This document shows, piece by piece, positions 13,506 to 27,530 of a DNA stretch of 64,000 bases. This DNA is from Eutreptiella sp. 'Long Island Sound 2002'. Its lineage: Eukaryota > Protista > Euglenida. Each line of letters starts with the position of its first letter. Positions within the stretch are counted from its first letter, which is position 1. The notes beneath the pieces were generated by a model. It was given only the letters and a program-made list of their open reading frames with translations. It was not told the DNA's origin and ran no database searches. Where the stretch lies: the NCBI GenBank assembly GCA_964036045.1, contig OZ038379.1, positions 8,494,001 to 8,558,000 on the forward strand, given 5' to 3'. Both the position numbers and the translations under genes were made by a program.

Positions 13506-13742
13506 CTCCTTCAGCTGCGCTGCCAATGCTTCAAAGGTGAACGGTTTGTGCATCACATGATTGGCTCCAGAGCTGCGGCACTTATCCAAAGTGCTGGCAT
13601 CGGAGCTGGCAGTCACCATCACGACAGGTGTCAAGGGTTGCTCTCGCTTCAAAATTTGAGTTGCCTCCACGCCCCCCATTACCGGCATCACCACGTCCAT
13701 AAGGATCAAATCATACCGTTTGTTGCGAGCAGCATTGATGGC
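13506..13742 (-). CDS. Response-regulator receiver (REC) domain exon, copy 1
   Basis: 237-nt phase-0 exon between TTTTTAG and GTGAGA. Encodes AINAARNKRYDLILMDVVMPVMGGVEAT...PVVMVTA...MHKPF, with the phospho-acceptor D, the conserved T and KP. Confidence 0.9.
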
Positions 13743-13849
13743 CTAAAAACAGGCATGCTAAGAGTGGTTCCGGGCACTATGGTTGCGACTGCCTCAGTGA
13801 GTGATGAGTACCACAAAATGGATGAGGTTAAATGTGTATCATACTGCGG

Positions 13850-14430
13850 CGATTGACGGGGTTTTGTCCATCATATAGTGGCGATTGGCATAGTGGTGAT
13901 TGGGGGTGAGGGGAATATAGTGGTGATTGAGAGTATCCATGCAATTTTGCCATGGGGTGATTGTGTAGCAGACAAAACTGATTGATATGGCAAACCAACC
14001 ACCCTCAATCTCAATTGTGAGCTGCACATCACCCTCGATCACCGTTGTATGGTACACCATCACTAGCAATCGCCAACACCTTCATCAGGTACATAACCCC
14101 CCTCAAAACTCATTATATGGAACCCAAGCAACCTCAGGGACGTTTATCTACTACACAATCACCTCACTCAATACCATGTGGGACACAATCAACCCCAATC
14201 ACCATTGTATGGTACACAACCTGTGCCTATCACCATTGTATGGTACGCAAGCGGCCTCCGTCACAATTGAAATGTACATGATTACCACCAACCACCATAA
14301 TCTGGTACACAATCAGCCTCAATCCCCATTACCTGGTGTGCCACCCCCCTCAACCAACATTACCTGGTACACAATCATCCTCATCCCCCACTCTCGTGTA
14401 CATAACCACCCTCAATCACCACTATATGGT
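13850..14430. repeat. Degenerate minisatellite (CAATCACC/ATGGTACAC-type units); mirrored at ~26610-27180
   Basis: Recurrent CAATCACCA(T/C)T(G/A)TATGGTAC(A/G)C motifs. Confidence 0.7.
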
Positions 14431-15009
14431 ACACATTCTCAGGGAAGTGTCACGCGAGGTGTCACGCGAGTGTCGTCACATGGCACTCAGAAAAGAAAAC
14501 TATATTTTTTCCTATTTTTTTTTTGAGTGTCAACGCGAGTGCACCCCCAGATTTTTTTTTGAGTGTCAGTGTGAGTGCTAAGGGTAAAAACCCAGTTTGA
14601 CTGCAATTGCTACTTGGAGAGGTGAAGTGAGGCAAACTCACTCCCATGGATATTTTGGGTACTCCAAGCATGGGCAAGGCAATGGAGCCGTGGCGCAGAT
14701 GGATGATAATAGGGATAGGAGGGGAGACCAATGGGTGGGCATTGGATACACCGCAATTAGCAAGCGTACAAGAGATTAGTTGGTTGGTTAGGGCCTATCG
14801 AGTTCAATGGAGAACAAAGGGGCAAACACAAAAAAGATTAGCGGACGGCAGAGAGCAAGGAGTAGAGGGAATATGAGAGGAAGGGGTTGAGGGGGAACCA
14901 ATGAACATTGGATACACTACACCTAAAAATGCAGTGTACGATATGTTAGTTGCTGTAACGGTAAGCAGAGGGGAGAGGCAATGGAAAACCAAAAAAACAG
15001 GCATGGCAC

Positions 15010-15480
15010 CTAGGGAGTGCCGTTCACCATCTCTTGAACATGCGTCACAAAGGTCGGTGGCATGCATTCATTAGTGAACTTGCCCAAATTGGCACTGGGG
15101 CCCATTTGCAACAATTGGTGTAGCAAACTTAGGGACCGATAACCGCAAGTCCAACCATCAACGCAATGAAAACCCAAAGGCTTGGCGGTTAGTGGGATGC
15201 CTTTGTTGCGAAATTCCTCAATAAGAGGCCACATGTACAACTCACGCCCCTTGGCATCTCATAAATACACATGCATGGAGGGCTCAACAACTGCCCCCAA
15301 AACAAACCAATGCGGCCCGGACGAACAACCGCTGTTCGTCAGAAAAAATGAACACTGCCACCAATGGGAGGCACTCACCATTGTCGTAGAAAAAAATACC
15401 GGTGTGGATGGCTTGTGCCTCTTGCCACATCTAGGGTTGAGGATTAGGAGCACGACCATCAAATGCATCCTCCCCAACGC
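15010..15480 (-). pseudogene. Ulp1-like (C48) cysteine-protease remnant, probably transposon-borne; mirror copy 25559-26026 (+)
   Basis: A single frame with one stop reads FLTNSGCSSGPHWFVLGAVVEPSMHVYL*DAKG...GFHCVDGWTCGYRSL, i.e. His (HW), Asp and Cys (CG) in Ulp1 order. Flanked by inverted arrays of the motif GAGTGTCAACGCGAGTG at ~14450-14580 and ~16095-16200. Confidence 0.6.
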
Positions 15481-15601
15481 TCCAGTTCTTCCATGTCCCT
15501 GATACCACTCTCTTCAAGAACTCCATGAAACCACAAACTTTGCGCTCGGCCAATATTTTTGTGTTATTGGTGTGGGATTCAGCTAGGATTGTGCTCGCAA
15601 T

Positions 15602-15762
15602 GCCCCAACTCGGGGCCACACCGAAGCGAGGGAGTCCATAACCCCAACTCGAGGGGCTACACTGAAACGTGGGAGTCCATCAGCCCAACTGGAGGGGCCA
15701 CACCGAAGCGTGGGAGACCATAACCCCAACAAGGGGCCACACCGAATGTGGAGGCAAAATCA
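15602..15762. repeat. ~39-bp minisatellite x4; mirror at ~25275-25435
   Basis: CCCCAACTCG(A)GGGGCCACACCGAAGCGTGGGAGTCCATAA repeated with substitutions. Confidence 0.8.
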
Positions 15763-16439
15763 GAAGTGGACCAAATCTAGGCAAATTGGCTACATAACCC
15801 CTACCTTCTTGGGGGTCCCCAGACAAGGGGACAAAATCGGAAGTGGCTACTTAACGCATGGCTTCTCGGGGGCCCATATGTGGGTGGACTAGCTACATAA
15901 CCTCTGCCTTCTCGGGGTGCGGAACACGGGGACACAAATGGCCCACGTCGGACCGGTGGAAAATTGCCCTTAAGGGTAGTTCTTGAGGGGGGTCCTTAAC
16001 AAAAAAAAGGGGGGTTCGTGAAGGCCTCCCCTAAATAACCCGAGAATACCCCAAAGGGGGATTTGAAACCAAAATGAGCAATTTGCCGTTTTTGGGGTAC
16101 ACTCGCGCTAACACTAAAAAAAAATTAGACACTCGCGTTGACACTGAAAAGTTTTTGTCTATTGTTGTTTTTCGAGTCTCGCGCGACACTCAAAATAAAA
16201 CTTTCCTACTATTTGCCTGCATTTTACATTTATATATATGGGCGTTTGCACGGGGGAGGGGGGGTCATTTCTGGGGTTTTGACGCAAAGTGGGAGGTTTT
16301 TCGGCCGCTTTCGGAAGTTCGGCCCGAGGTCGGTATGGACTTTGCCCAAAAATTGGTCCCCCCTTATTTTCGGACATGGAGAATTTAAAAATCAAGATTT
16401 CGTGGCCCAACACAACGGTGGCGGGGCTATCCGAGGTCC

Positions 16440-19400
16440 CGAACACGGGCGATTTTCAGGAAACCACCTCGCAGAGGTTGTTAGATCAAAGCCAGGCAGG
16501 CGTATATAGGGGATAACGCCACATACCCCCCCATTTTGGGCCTTTTTGGGCCTGTTCGCGTACCCTACCCCAAGGGGTTGAATTGTTAGTTTAACCCCTT
16601 GTAAAATCATTATTTTGTCCAATAAAAGCAGCCCCCAATGAGTTTTTGGTCCGGACCCCCCCGGACCCCCCCCACTTGAAACCCACTTTTTTGAGGTTTT
16701 CAGGGAGGGGGGGGGTCAAAAATGTCTTAAAAATGACCCCCCCCTTTTTGGGTCGAAAATCATGATTCTTTTGGTTTTTTTCGATTTAGAGTGAGAAAGT
16801 GCTTCTGGGTCCCGACTCCATGGGGTTTGTATGGGGCGGAGTGGGACGAGCGCTTATGCAGCTTATGCACTTTTCAGCCATTTTTGCTATGTTGGCGGTT
16901 TTGGCAACCTCGGGGACCCTGTGGTACCCACTCTGAGGGGTGTACCCACTCTGAGTGGGGATGTTGTGACAGTATATGCCTACTAGGAGACAGAAGGACG
17001 TTTTTTTGCGGTCTCTAGCCTAGCTTGGGGCCGGTCAAATGCCGGTGCCAAAGACGCGAAATTGCTGTTTCCACCAATAATGGGCTAGGGAATGGGCCGG
17101 TACACAACCTGCTTACGCAGTTTTTCACCCTGTGGAGCTCAAAAATCCAAGTTTCCGAAACTTGTTTTTTTGATATTGTGATCACCTAAAATGACCATCC
17201 AAGGTATGTAAAGCATGTTTTAGGCCATATTTACGTGTTTTTCACCCTATTTGGGTATTAGGTCCGGGGGGGTGGGGGGTCTCCCAAGGGATCGGTACAC
17301 AACCTGCTTATGCAGTTTTTCACCGTGGCCAGCTCAAAAATCGCAGTTTTCGAAACTTATGTTTTTTGATACCATGATCACTTCAAATGACCATCCAAGG
17401 TATGTAAAGCATGTTTTAGGCCGTATTTATGTGTTTTTCAGGTATTGGGCGCACGGGGGGGGGGGGGTATCTCCCAAGGGATGGGTACACAACCTGCTGT
17501 TGCAGTTTTTCACCCCAGGCAGCTCAAAAATCGAAGTTTTCGAAACTTATTTTCTTATACCGTGATCACGTAAAATGACCATCCAAGCTATGTAAAGCAT
17601 GTTTTAGGCCGTATTTATGTCTTTTTTCCCTATTTTGTGTGTGTGTGTGTTGCTTGGAGTAGATTCTCTGCGAGGTGGACTTGCCGAAGGCAATGGAATC
17701 ACCTCGCAGAGGTTGTTAGATCAAAGCCAGGCAAGCGTATATATGGGGAAAACGCCACATACCCCCCCATTTTGGCCTTTTTGGGCCTATTCGCGTACCC
17801 TACCCCAAGGGGTTGAATTGTTAGTTTAACCCCTTGTAAAATCATCATTTTGTCCAATAAACGCATCCCCCGATGAGTTTTTGGTCCGGACGCCCCCAGA
17901 CCCCCCCCACTTGAAACCCACTTTTTTCAGGTTTTGAGGGAGGGGGGTGGGGGTGGGGGGGGGGGTGGGGTGGGGGGGGTCAAAAAATGACCCCCCCTTT
18001 TTTTGGGTCGAAAATCATGAATCTTTTGGTTTTTTTCGATTTTGAGCCGAAAAAGTGTTTCCGGGTCCCGACTCCATAGGGTTTGTATGGGGCGGAGTGG
18101 GACGAGCGCTTGTGCAGTTTATGCACTTTTCAGCCATTTTTGCTATGTTGGGGGTTTTGGCGACCTCGGTGACCCCGTGGTACCCACTTTGAGGGGTGCG
18201 AGTGGGGATGTTGTGACTGTATATGCCTACTAGGATATAGAAGGACATTTTTTGCAATGTCTAGCCTTGCTTAGGGCCGTTCACAACCCGTGCCAAAGAG
18301 GCGAAATGGCTGTTTCCAGCAATAATGGGCTAGTGAATGGGCCGGTGCAGAACCTGCTTATGCAGTTTTTCACCCTGGGCAGCTCAAAAGCCGAAGTTTT
18401 CGAAACTTGTTTTTTTGATATTGTGACCACCCAAAATGACCATCCAAGGTATGTAAAGCATGATTTAGGCTGTATTTGCGCGTTTTTCACCCTATTTGGG
18501 TATTAGGTCCGGGGGGGGGGGGGTCTCCCAAGGGATTGGTACACAACCTGCTTATGTAGTTTTTCACCCCGGGCAGCTCAAAAATCGAAGTTTTCGAAAC
18601 TTGTTTTTTTGATGTTGTGACCACCCAAAATGACCATCCAAGGTATGTAAAGCATGGTTTAGGCTGTATTTGCGTGTTTTTCATCCTATTTGGGTATTAG
18701 CTCCGGGGGGGCTCCCAAGGGATTGGTACACAACCTGGTCATGCAGTTTTTCACCCTGGGCAGCTCAAAAATCGAAGTTTTCGAAACTTGTTTTTTTGAT
18801 GTTGTGACCACCCAAAATGACCATCCAAGGTATGTAAAGCATGGTTTAGGCTGTATTTGCGTGTTTTTCATCCTATTTGGGTATTAGCTCCGGGGGGGGG
18901 GGGGGGGCTCCCAAGGGATTGGTACACAACCTGCTCATGCAGTTTTTCACCCTGGGCAGCTCAAAAATCGAAGTTTTTGAAACTTTTTTTTTGATATTGG
19001 GACAACCAAAAATCACCATCCAAGGTATGTAAAGCATGTTTTAGGCCGTATTTACATGTTTTTCACCCTATTTGGGGATTACCTCCGGGGGGGAAGGGGG
19101 GGGGGGTCTCCAAGGGATTGGTACACAAGCTGCTTATGCAGTTTTTCACCCTGGGCAGGCTCAAAAATCGATGTTTTTGAAACTTGTTTTTTTGATATTG
19201 GGATAACCAAAAATCACCATCCAAGGTATGTAAAGCATGTTTTAGGCCGTATTTACATATTTTTCAACCTATTTGGGGATTAGGTCCGGGGGGGATGAGG
19301 GGGGGGTTTCCCAAGGGATTGGTACACAACCTGCTTATGTAGTTTTTCACCCGGGCGGCTCAAAAATCGAAGTTTTCGAAACTTGTTTTTTTGATGTTGT

Positions 19401-22400
19401 GACCACCTAAAATGACCATCCAAGGTATGGAAAGGATGGTTTAGGCTGTATTTGCGTGTTTTTCAGCCTATTTGGGTATTAGCTCTGGGGGGGGGGGGGG
19501 GGTGTCCCCAGGGATTGATACACAACCTGCTTATGTAGTTTTTCACCCCGGGCGGCTCAAAAATCGAAGTTTTCGAAACTTGTTTTTTTGATATTGGGAC
19601 AACCAAAAATCACCATCCAAGGTATGTAAAGCATGTTTTAGGCCGTATTTACATGTTTTTCACCCTATTTGGGGATTACCTCCGGGGGGGAAGTGGGGGG
19701 GTCTCCCAAGGGATTGGTACACAAGCTGCTTATGCAGTTTTTCAACCTGGGCAGCTCAAAAATCGATGTTTTTGAAACTTGTTTTTTTGATATTGGGATA
19801 ACCAAAAATCACCATCCAAGGTATGTAAAGCATGTTTAGGCCGTATTTACATAGTTTTCAACCTATTTGGGGATTAGGTCCGGGGGGGAAGGGGGGGGGG
19901 TCTCCCAAGGGATTGGTACACAACCTGCTAGTGCAGTTTTTCACCCTGGGCAGCTCAAAAATCGAAGTTTTCGAAACTTGATTTTTTGATATTGTGATCA
20001 CCTAAAATGACCATCCAACCCTATGTAAAGCATGTTTTAGGCCGTATTTACGTGTTTTTCACCCTATTAGGGTATTAGGTCCGGGGGGGAGGGGGGGGGG
20101 GGGGGGCTCCCAAGGGATTGGTACACAACCTGCTAGTGCAGTTTTTCAGCCGGAAAGGTCAAAAATGGAAGTTTTCGAAACTTGTTTTTTGATATTGTGA
20201 TCACCTAAATGACCATCCAAGCTATGTAAAGCATGTTTTAGGCCGTATTTATGTGTTTTTCACCCTATTTGGGTATTAGGTCCGGGGGGGTGGGGGGTCT
20301 CCCAAGGGATTGGTACACAACCTGCTAATGCAGTTTTTCACCCTAGGCAGCTCAAAAATCGAAGTTTTCGAAACTTGTTTTTTTGATACCGTGATCCCTT
20401 AAAATGATCATCCAAGGTATGTAAAGCATGTTTTAGCCCGTATTTATGTAGTTTCCACCCTATTTTGGGTGTGTGTTGCTCGGGGTAGATTCTCTGCGAG
20501 GTGGACTTGCCGAAGGCAATAGGAATCACCTCGCAGAGGTTGTTAGATCAAAGCCAGGCAGGCGTATATATGGGGAAAACGCCACATACCCCCCCATTTT
20601 GGCCTTTTTGGGCCTATTCGCGTACCCTACCCCAAGGATTGAATTGTTAGGTTAACCCCTTGTAAAATCATCATTTTGTCCAATAAACGCATCCCCCGAT
20701 GAGTTTTTGGTCCGGACCCCCAGACCCCCCCCACTTGAAACCCACTTTTTTCAGGTTTTGAGGGAGGGGGGTGGGGGTGGGGGGGGGGAGGGGGGGGGGT
20801 CAAAAATGACCCCCCTTTTTTTGGGTCAGAAAATCATGAATCTTTTGGTTTTTTTCGATTTTGAGCCGAAAAAGTGTTTCCGGGTCCCGACTCCATAGGG
20901 TTTGTATGGGGCGGAGTGGGACGAGCGCTGGTGCAGTTTATGCACTTTTCAGCCATTTTTGCTATGTTGGGGGTTTTGGCGACCTCGGTGACCCCGTGGT
21001 ACCCACTTTGAGGGGTGCGCGAGTGGGGATGTTGTGACCGTATATGCCTCCTAGGATATAGAAGGACATTTTTTGCAATGTCTAGCCTTGCTTAGGGCCG
21101 TTCACAACCCGTGCCAAAGAGGCGAAATGGCTGCTTCCAGCAATAATGGGCTAGTGAATGGGCCGGTGCAGAACCTGCTTATGCAGTTTTTCACCCTGGG
21201 CAGCTCAAAAACCGAAGTTTCGAAACTTGTTTTTTTGATATTGTGACCACCCAAAATGACCATCCAAGGTATGTAAAGCATGTTTTAGGCTGTATTGCGT
21301 GTTTTTCAGCCCTATTTGGGTATTAGGTCCTGGGGGGGGGGGTCTCCCAAGGGATTGGTACACAACCTGCTATGCAGTTTTTCAGCCCGGACAGCTCAAA
21401 AATGGAAAGTTTTCGAAACTTGTTTTTTTGATGTTGTGGCCACCCAAAATGACCATCCAAGCTATGTAAAGCATGTTTTAGGCCGTATTTATGTGTTTTT
21501 CACCCTATTTGGGTATTAGGTCCGGGGGGTGGGGGTCTCCCAAGGGATTGGTACACATCCTGCTAATGCAGTTTTTCACCCTAGGCAGCTCAAAAATCGA
21601 AGTTTTCGAAACTTGTTTTTTGATACCGTGATCCGCTAAAATGATCATCCAAGGTATGTAAAGCATGTTTTAGCCCGTATTTATGTAGTTTCCACCCTAT
21701 TTTGGGTGTGTGTTGCTCGGGGTAGATTCTCTGCGAGGTGGACTTGCCGAAGGCAATAGAATCACCTCGCAGAGGTTGTTAGATCAAAGCCAGGCAGGCG
21801 TATATATGGGGAAAACGCCACATACCCCCCCATTTTGGCCTTTTTGGGCCTATTCGCGTACCCTACCCCAAGGGGTTGAATTGTTAGTTTAACCCCTTGT
21901 AAAATCATCATTTTGTCCAATAAACGCATCCCCCGATGAGTTTTTGGTCCGGACCCCCCCAGACCCCCCCCACTTGAAACCCACTTTTTTCAGGTTTTGA
22001 GGGAGGGGGGTGGGGGGGGGGGGGGTCAAAAAATGACCCCCCTTTTTTTGGGTCGAAAATCATGAATCTTTTGGTTTTTTTCGATTTTGAGCCGAAAAAG
22101 TGTTTCCGGGTCCCGACTCCATAGGGTTTGTATGGGGCGGAGTGGGACGAGCGCTGGTGCAGTTTATGCACTTTTCAGCCATTTTTGCTATGTTGGGGGT
22201 TTTGGCGACCTCGGTGACCCCGTGGTACCCACTTTGAGGGGTGCGAGTGGGGATGTTGTGACCGTATATGCCTACTAGGATATAGAAGGACCTTTTTTGC
22301 AATGTCTAGCCTTGCTTAGGGCCGATCACAACCCGTGCCAAAGAGGCGAAATGGCTGTTTCCAGCAATAATGGGCTAGTGAAAGGGCCGGTGCAGAACCT

Positions 22401-22624
22401 GCTTATGCAGTTTTTCACCCTGGGCAGCTCAAAAACCGAAGTTTTTGAACTTGTTTTTTTGATATTGTGACCACCCAAAATGACCATCCAAGGTATGTAA
22501 AGCATGTTTTAGGCTGTATTTGCGTGTTTTTCACCCTATTTGGGTATTAGGTCCTGGGGGGGGGCGTGTCTCCCAAGGGATAGGTACACAACCTGCCTAT
22601 GCCAGTTTTTCAGCCCGGACAGCT
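16440..22624 (+). repeat. Higher-order tandem array: ~700-bp B block plus variable numbers (about 3, 11, 3, 2+) of ~190-200-bp A units
   Basis: A unit: GGTACACAACCTGCTTATGCAGTTTTTCACCC...TGACCATCCAAGGTATGTAAAGCATG...poly-G. B blocks (CACCTCGCAGAGGTTGTTAGATCAAAGCC...) at ~16460, 17640, 20470 and 21710. Confidence 0.9.
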
Positions 22625-22824
22625 NNNNNNNNNNNNNNNNNNNNNNNNNNNNNNNNNNNNNNNNNNNNNNNNNNNNNNNNNNNNNNNNNNNNNNNNNNNN
22701 NNNNNNNNNNNNNNNNNNNNNNNNNNNNNNNNNNNNNNNNNNNNNNNNNNNNNNNNNNNNNNNNNNNNNNNNNNNNNNNNNNNNNNNNNNNNNNNNNNNN
22801 NNNNNNNNNNNNNNNNNNNNNNNN
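22625..22824. other. Assembly gap (200 N)
   Basis: Run of N. Confidence 1.
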
Positions 22825-25800
22825 TAGGCATATACAGTCACAACATCCCCACTCGCACCCCTCAAAGTGGGTACCACGGGGTCACCGAGGTCGCCAAAAC
22901 CCCCAACATAGCAAAAATGGCTGAAAAGTGCATAAACTGCACAAGCGCTCGTCCCACTCCGCCCCATACAAACCCTATGGAGTCGGGACCCGGAAACACT
23001 TTTTCGGCTCAAAATCGAAAAAAACCAAAAGATTCATGATTTTCGACCCAAAAAAAGGGGGGGTCATTTTTTGACCCCCCCCCCCCACCCCCCTCCCTCA
23101 AAACCTGAAAAAAGTGGGTTTCAAGTGGGGGGGGTCTGGGGGCGTCCGGACCAAAAACTCATCGGGGGATGCGTTTATTGGACAAAATAATGATTTTACA
23201 AGGGGTTAACCTAACAATTCAATCCCTTGGGGTAGGGTACGCGAATAGGCCCAAAAAGGCCAAAAAGGGGGGGTATGTGGCGTTTTCCCCATATATACGC
23301 TTGCCTGGCTTTGATCTAACAACCTCTGCGAGGTGATTCCATTGCCTTCGGCAAGTCCACCTCGCAGAGAATCTACTCCAAGCAACACACACACACACAA
23401 AATAGGGAAAAAAGACATAAATACGGCCTAAAACATGCTTTACATAGCTTGGATGGTCATTTTACGTGATCACGGTATAAGAAAATAAGTTTCGAAAACT
23501 TCGATTTTTGAGCTGCCTGGGGTGAAAAACTGCAACAGCAGGTTGTGTACCCATCCCTTGGGAGATACCCCCCCCCCCCGTGCGCCCAATACCTGAAAAA
23601 CACATAAATACGGCCTAAAACATGCTTTACATACCTTGGATGGTCATTTGAAGTGATCATGGTATCAAAAAACATAAGTTTCGAAAACTGCGATTTTTGA
23701 GCTGGCCACGGTGAAAAACTGCATAAGCAGGTTGTGTACCGATCCCTTGGGAGACCCCCCACCCCCCCGGACCTAATACCCAAATAGGGTGAAAAACACG
23801 TAAATATGGCCTAAAACATGCTTTACATACCTTGGATGGTCATTTTAGGTGATCACAATATCAAAAAAACAAGTTTCGGAAACTTGGATTTTTGAGCTCC
23901 ACAGGGTGAAAAACTGCGTAAGCAGGTTGTGTACCGGCCCATTCCCTAGCCCATTATTGGTGGAAACAGCAATTTCGCGTCTTTGGCACCGGCATTTGAC
24001 CGGCCCCAAGCTAGGCTAGAGACCGCAAAAAAACGTCCTTCTGTCTCCTAGTAGGCATATACTGTCACAACATCCCCACTCAGAGTGGGTACACCCCTCA
24101 GAGTGGGTACCACAGGGTCCCCGAGGTTGCCAAAACCGCCAACATAGCAAAAATGGCTGAAAAGTGCATAAGCTGCATAAGCGCTCGTCCCACTCCGCCC
24201 CATACAAACCCCATGGAGTCGGGACCCAGAAGCACTTTCTCACTCTAAATCGAAAAAAACCAAAAGAATCATGATTTTTGACCCAAAAAGGGGGGGGGTC
24301 ATTTTTAAGACATTTTTGACCCCCCCCCCTCCCTGAAAACCTCAAAAAAGTGGGTTTCAAGTGGGGGGGGTCCGGGGGGGTCCGGACCAAAAACTCATTG
24401 GGGGCTGCTTTTATTGGACAAAATAATGATTTTACAAGGGGTTAAACTAACAATTCAACCCCTTGGGGTAGGGTATGCGAACAGGCCCAAAAAGGCCCAA
24501 AATGGGGGGGTATGTGGCGTTATCCCCTATATACGCCTGCCTGGCTTTGATCTAACAACCTCTGCGAGGTGGTTTCCTGAAAATCGCCCGTGTTCGGGAC
24601 CTCGGATAGCCCCGCCACCGTTGTGTTGGGCCACGAAATCTTGATTTTTAAATTCTCCATGTCCGAAAATAAGGGGGGACCAATTTTTGGGCAAAGTCCA
24701 TACCGACCTCGGGCCGAACTTCCGAAAGCGGCCGAAAAACCTCCCACTTTGCGTCAAAACCCCAGAAATGACCCCCCCTCCCCCGTGCAAACGCCCATAT
24801 ATATAAATGTAAAATGCAGGCAAATAGTAGGAAAGTTTTATTTTGAGTGTCGCGCGAGACTCGAAAAACAACAATAGACAAAAACTTTTCAGTGTCAACG
24901 CGAGTGTCTAATTTTTTTTTAGTGTTAGCGCGAGTGTACCCCAAAAACGGCAAATTGCTCATTTTGGTTTCAAATCCCCCTTTGGGGTATTCTCGGGTTA
25001 TTTAGGGGAGGCCTTCACGAACCCCCCTTTTTTTTGTTAAGGACCCCCCTCAAGAACTACCCTTAAGGGCAATTTTCCACCGGTCCGACGTGGGCCATTT
25101 GTGTCCCCGTGTTCCGCACCCCGAGAAGGCAGAGGTTATGTAGCTAGTCCACCCACATATGGGCCCCCGAGAAGCCATGCGTTAAGTAGCCACTTCCGAT
25201 TTTGTCCCCTTGTCTGGGGACCCCCAAGAAGGTAGGGGTTATGTAGCCAATTTGCCTAGATTTGGTCCACTTCTGATTTTGCCTCCACATTCGGTGTGGC
25301 CCCTTGTTGGGGTTATGGTCTCCCACGCTTCGGTGTGGCCCCTCCAGTTGGGCTGATGGACTCCCACGTTTCAGTGTAGCCCCTCGAGTTGGGGTTATGG
25401 ACTCCCTCGCTTCGGTGTGGCCCCGAGTTGGGGCATTGCGAGCACAATCCTAGCTGAATCCCACACCAATAACACAAAAATATTGGCCGAGCGCAAAGTT
25501 TGTGGTTTCATGGAGTTCTTGAAGAGAGTGGTATCAGGGACATGGAAGAACTGGAGCGTTGGGGAGGATGCATTTGATGGTCGTGCTCCTAATCCTCAAC
25601 CCTAGATGTGGCAAGAGGCACAAGCCATCCACACCGGTATTTTTTTCTACGACAATGGTGAGTGCCTCCCATTGGTGGCAGTGTTCATTTTTTCTGACGA
25701 ACAGCGGTTGTTCGTCCGGGCCGCATTGGTTTGTTTTGGGGGCAGTTGTTGAGCCCTCCATGCATGTGTATTTATGAGATGCCAAGGGGCGTGAGTTGTA

Positions 25801-27293
25801 CATGTGGCCTCTTATTGAGGAATTTCGCAACAAAGGCATCCCACTAACCGCCAAGCCTTTGGGTTTTCATTGCGTTGATGGTTGGACTTGCGGTTATCGG
25901 TCCCTAAGTTTGCTACACCAATTGTTGCAAATGGGCCCCAGTGCCAATTTGGGCAAGTTCACTAATGAATGCATGCCACCGACCTTTGTGACGCATGTTC
26001 AAGAGATGGTGAACGGCACTCCCTAGGTGCCATGCCTGTTTTTTTGGTTTTCCATTGCCTCTCCCCTCTGCTTACCGTTACAGCAACTAACATATCGTAC
26101 ACTGCATTTTTAGGTGTAGTGTATCCAATGTTCATTGGTTCCCCCTCAACCCCTTCCTCTCATATTCCCTCTACTCCTTGCTCTCTGCCGTCCGCTAATC
26201 TTTTTTGTGTTTGCCCCTTTGTTCTCCATTGAACTCGATAGGCCCTAACCAACCAACTAATCTCTTGTACGCTTGCTAATTGCGGTGTATCCAATGCCCA
26301 CCCATTGGTCTCCCCTCCTATCCCTATTATCATCCATCTGCGCCACGGCTCCATTGCCTTGCCCATGCTTGGAGTACCCAAAATATCCATGGGAGTGAGT
26401 TTGCCTCACTTCACCTCTCCAAGTAGCAATTGCAGTCAAACTGGGTTTTTACCCTTAGCACTCACACTGACACTCAAAAAAAAATCTGGGGGTGCACTCG
26501 CGTTGACACTCAAAAAAAAAATAGGAAAAAATATAGTTTTCTTTTCTGAGTGCCATGTGACGACACTCGCGTGACACCTCGCGTGACACTTCCCTGAGAA
26601 TGTGTACCATATAGTGGTGATTGAGGGTGGTTATGTACACGAGAGTGGGGGATGAGGATGATTGTGTACCAGGTAATGTTGGTTGAGGGGGGTGGCACAC
26701 CAGGTAATGGGGATTGAGGCTGATTGTGTACCAGATTATGGTGGTTGGTGGTAATCATGTACATTTCAATTGTGACGGAGGCCGCTTGCGTACCATACAA
26801 TGGTGATAGGCACAGGTTGTGTACCATACAATGGTGATTGGGGTTGATTGTGTCCCACATGGTATTGAGTGAGGTGATTGTGTAGTAGATAAACGTCCCT
26901 GAGGTTGCTTGGGTTCCATATAATGAGTTTTGAGGGGGGTTATGTACCTGATGAAGGTGTTGGCGATTGCTAGTGATGGTGTACCATACAACGGTGATCG
27001 AGGGTGATGTGCAGCTCACAATTGAGATTGAGGGTGGTTGGTTTGCCATATCAATCAGTTTTGTCTGCTACACAATCACCCCATGGCAAAATTGCATGGA
27101 TACTCTCAATCACCACTATATTCCCCTCACCCCCAATCACCACTATGCCAATCGCCACTATATGATGGACAAAACCCCGTCAATCGCCGCAGTATGATAC
27201 ACATTTAACCTCATCCATTTTGTGGTACTCATCACTCACTGAGGCAGTCGCAACCATAGTGCCCGGAACCACTCTTAGCATGCCTGTTTTTAG

Positions 27294-27530
27294 GCCATCA
27301 ATGCTGCTCGCAACAAACGGTATGATTTGATCCTTATGGACGTGGAGATGCCGGTAATGGGGGGCGTGGAGGCAACTCAAATTTTGAAGCGAGAGCAACC
27401 CTTGACACCTGTCGTGATGGTGACTGCCAGCTCCGATGCCAGCACTTTGGATAAGTGCCGCAGCTCTGGAGCCAATCATGTGATGCACAAACCGTTCACC
27501 TTTGAAGCATTGGCAGCGCAGCTGAAGGAG
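27294..27530 (+). CDS. Response-regulator receiver (REC) domain exon, copy 2
   Basis: Mirror of 13506-13742; reads DLILMDVEMPVMGG (E vs V difference); same splice sites. Confidence 0.9.

Noticed and set aside
15602-22624. CRISPR-like array
   Set aside because: Units are tandem with no unique spacers, there are no cas genes, and the context is eukaryotic.
16074-25000. Many 60-150-aa ORFs in the satellite, including those spanning the N gap
   Set aside because: Repeat-derived; no domain signal; frames change with homopolymer length.
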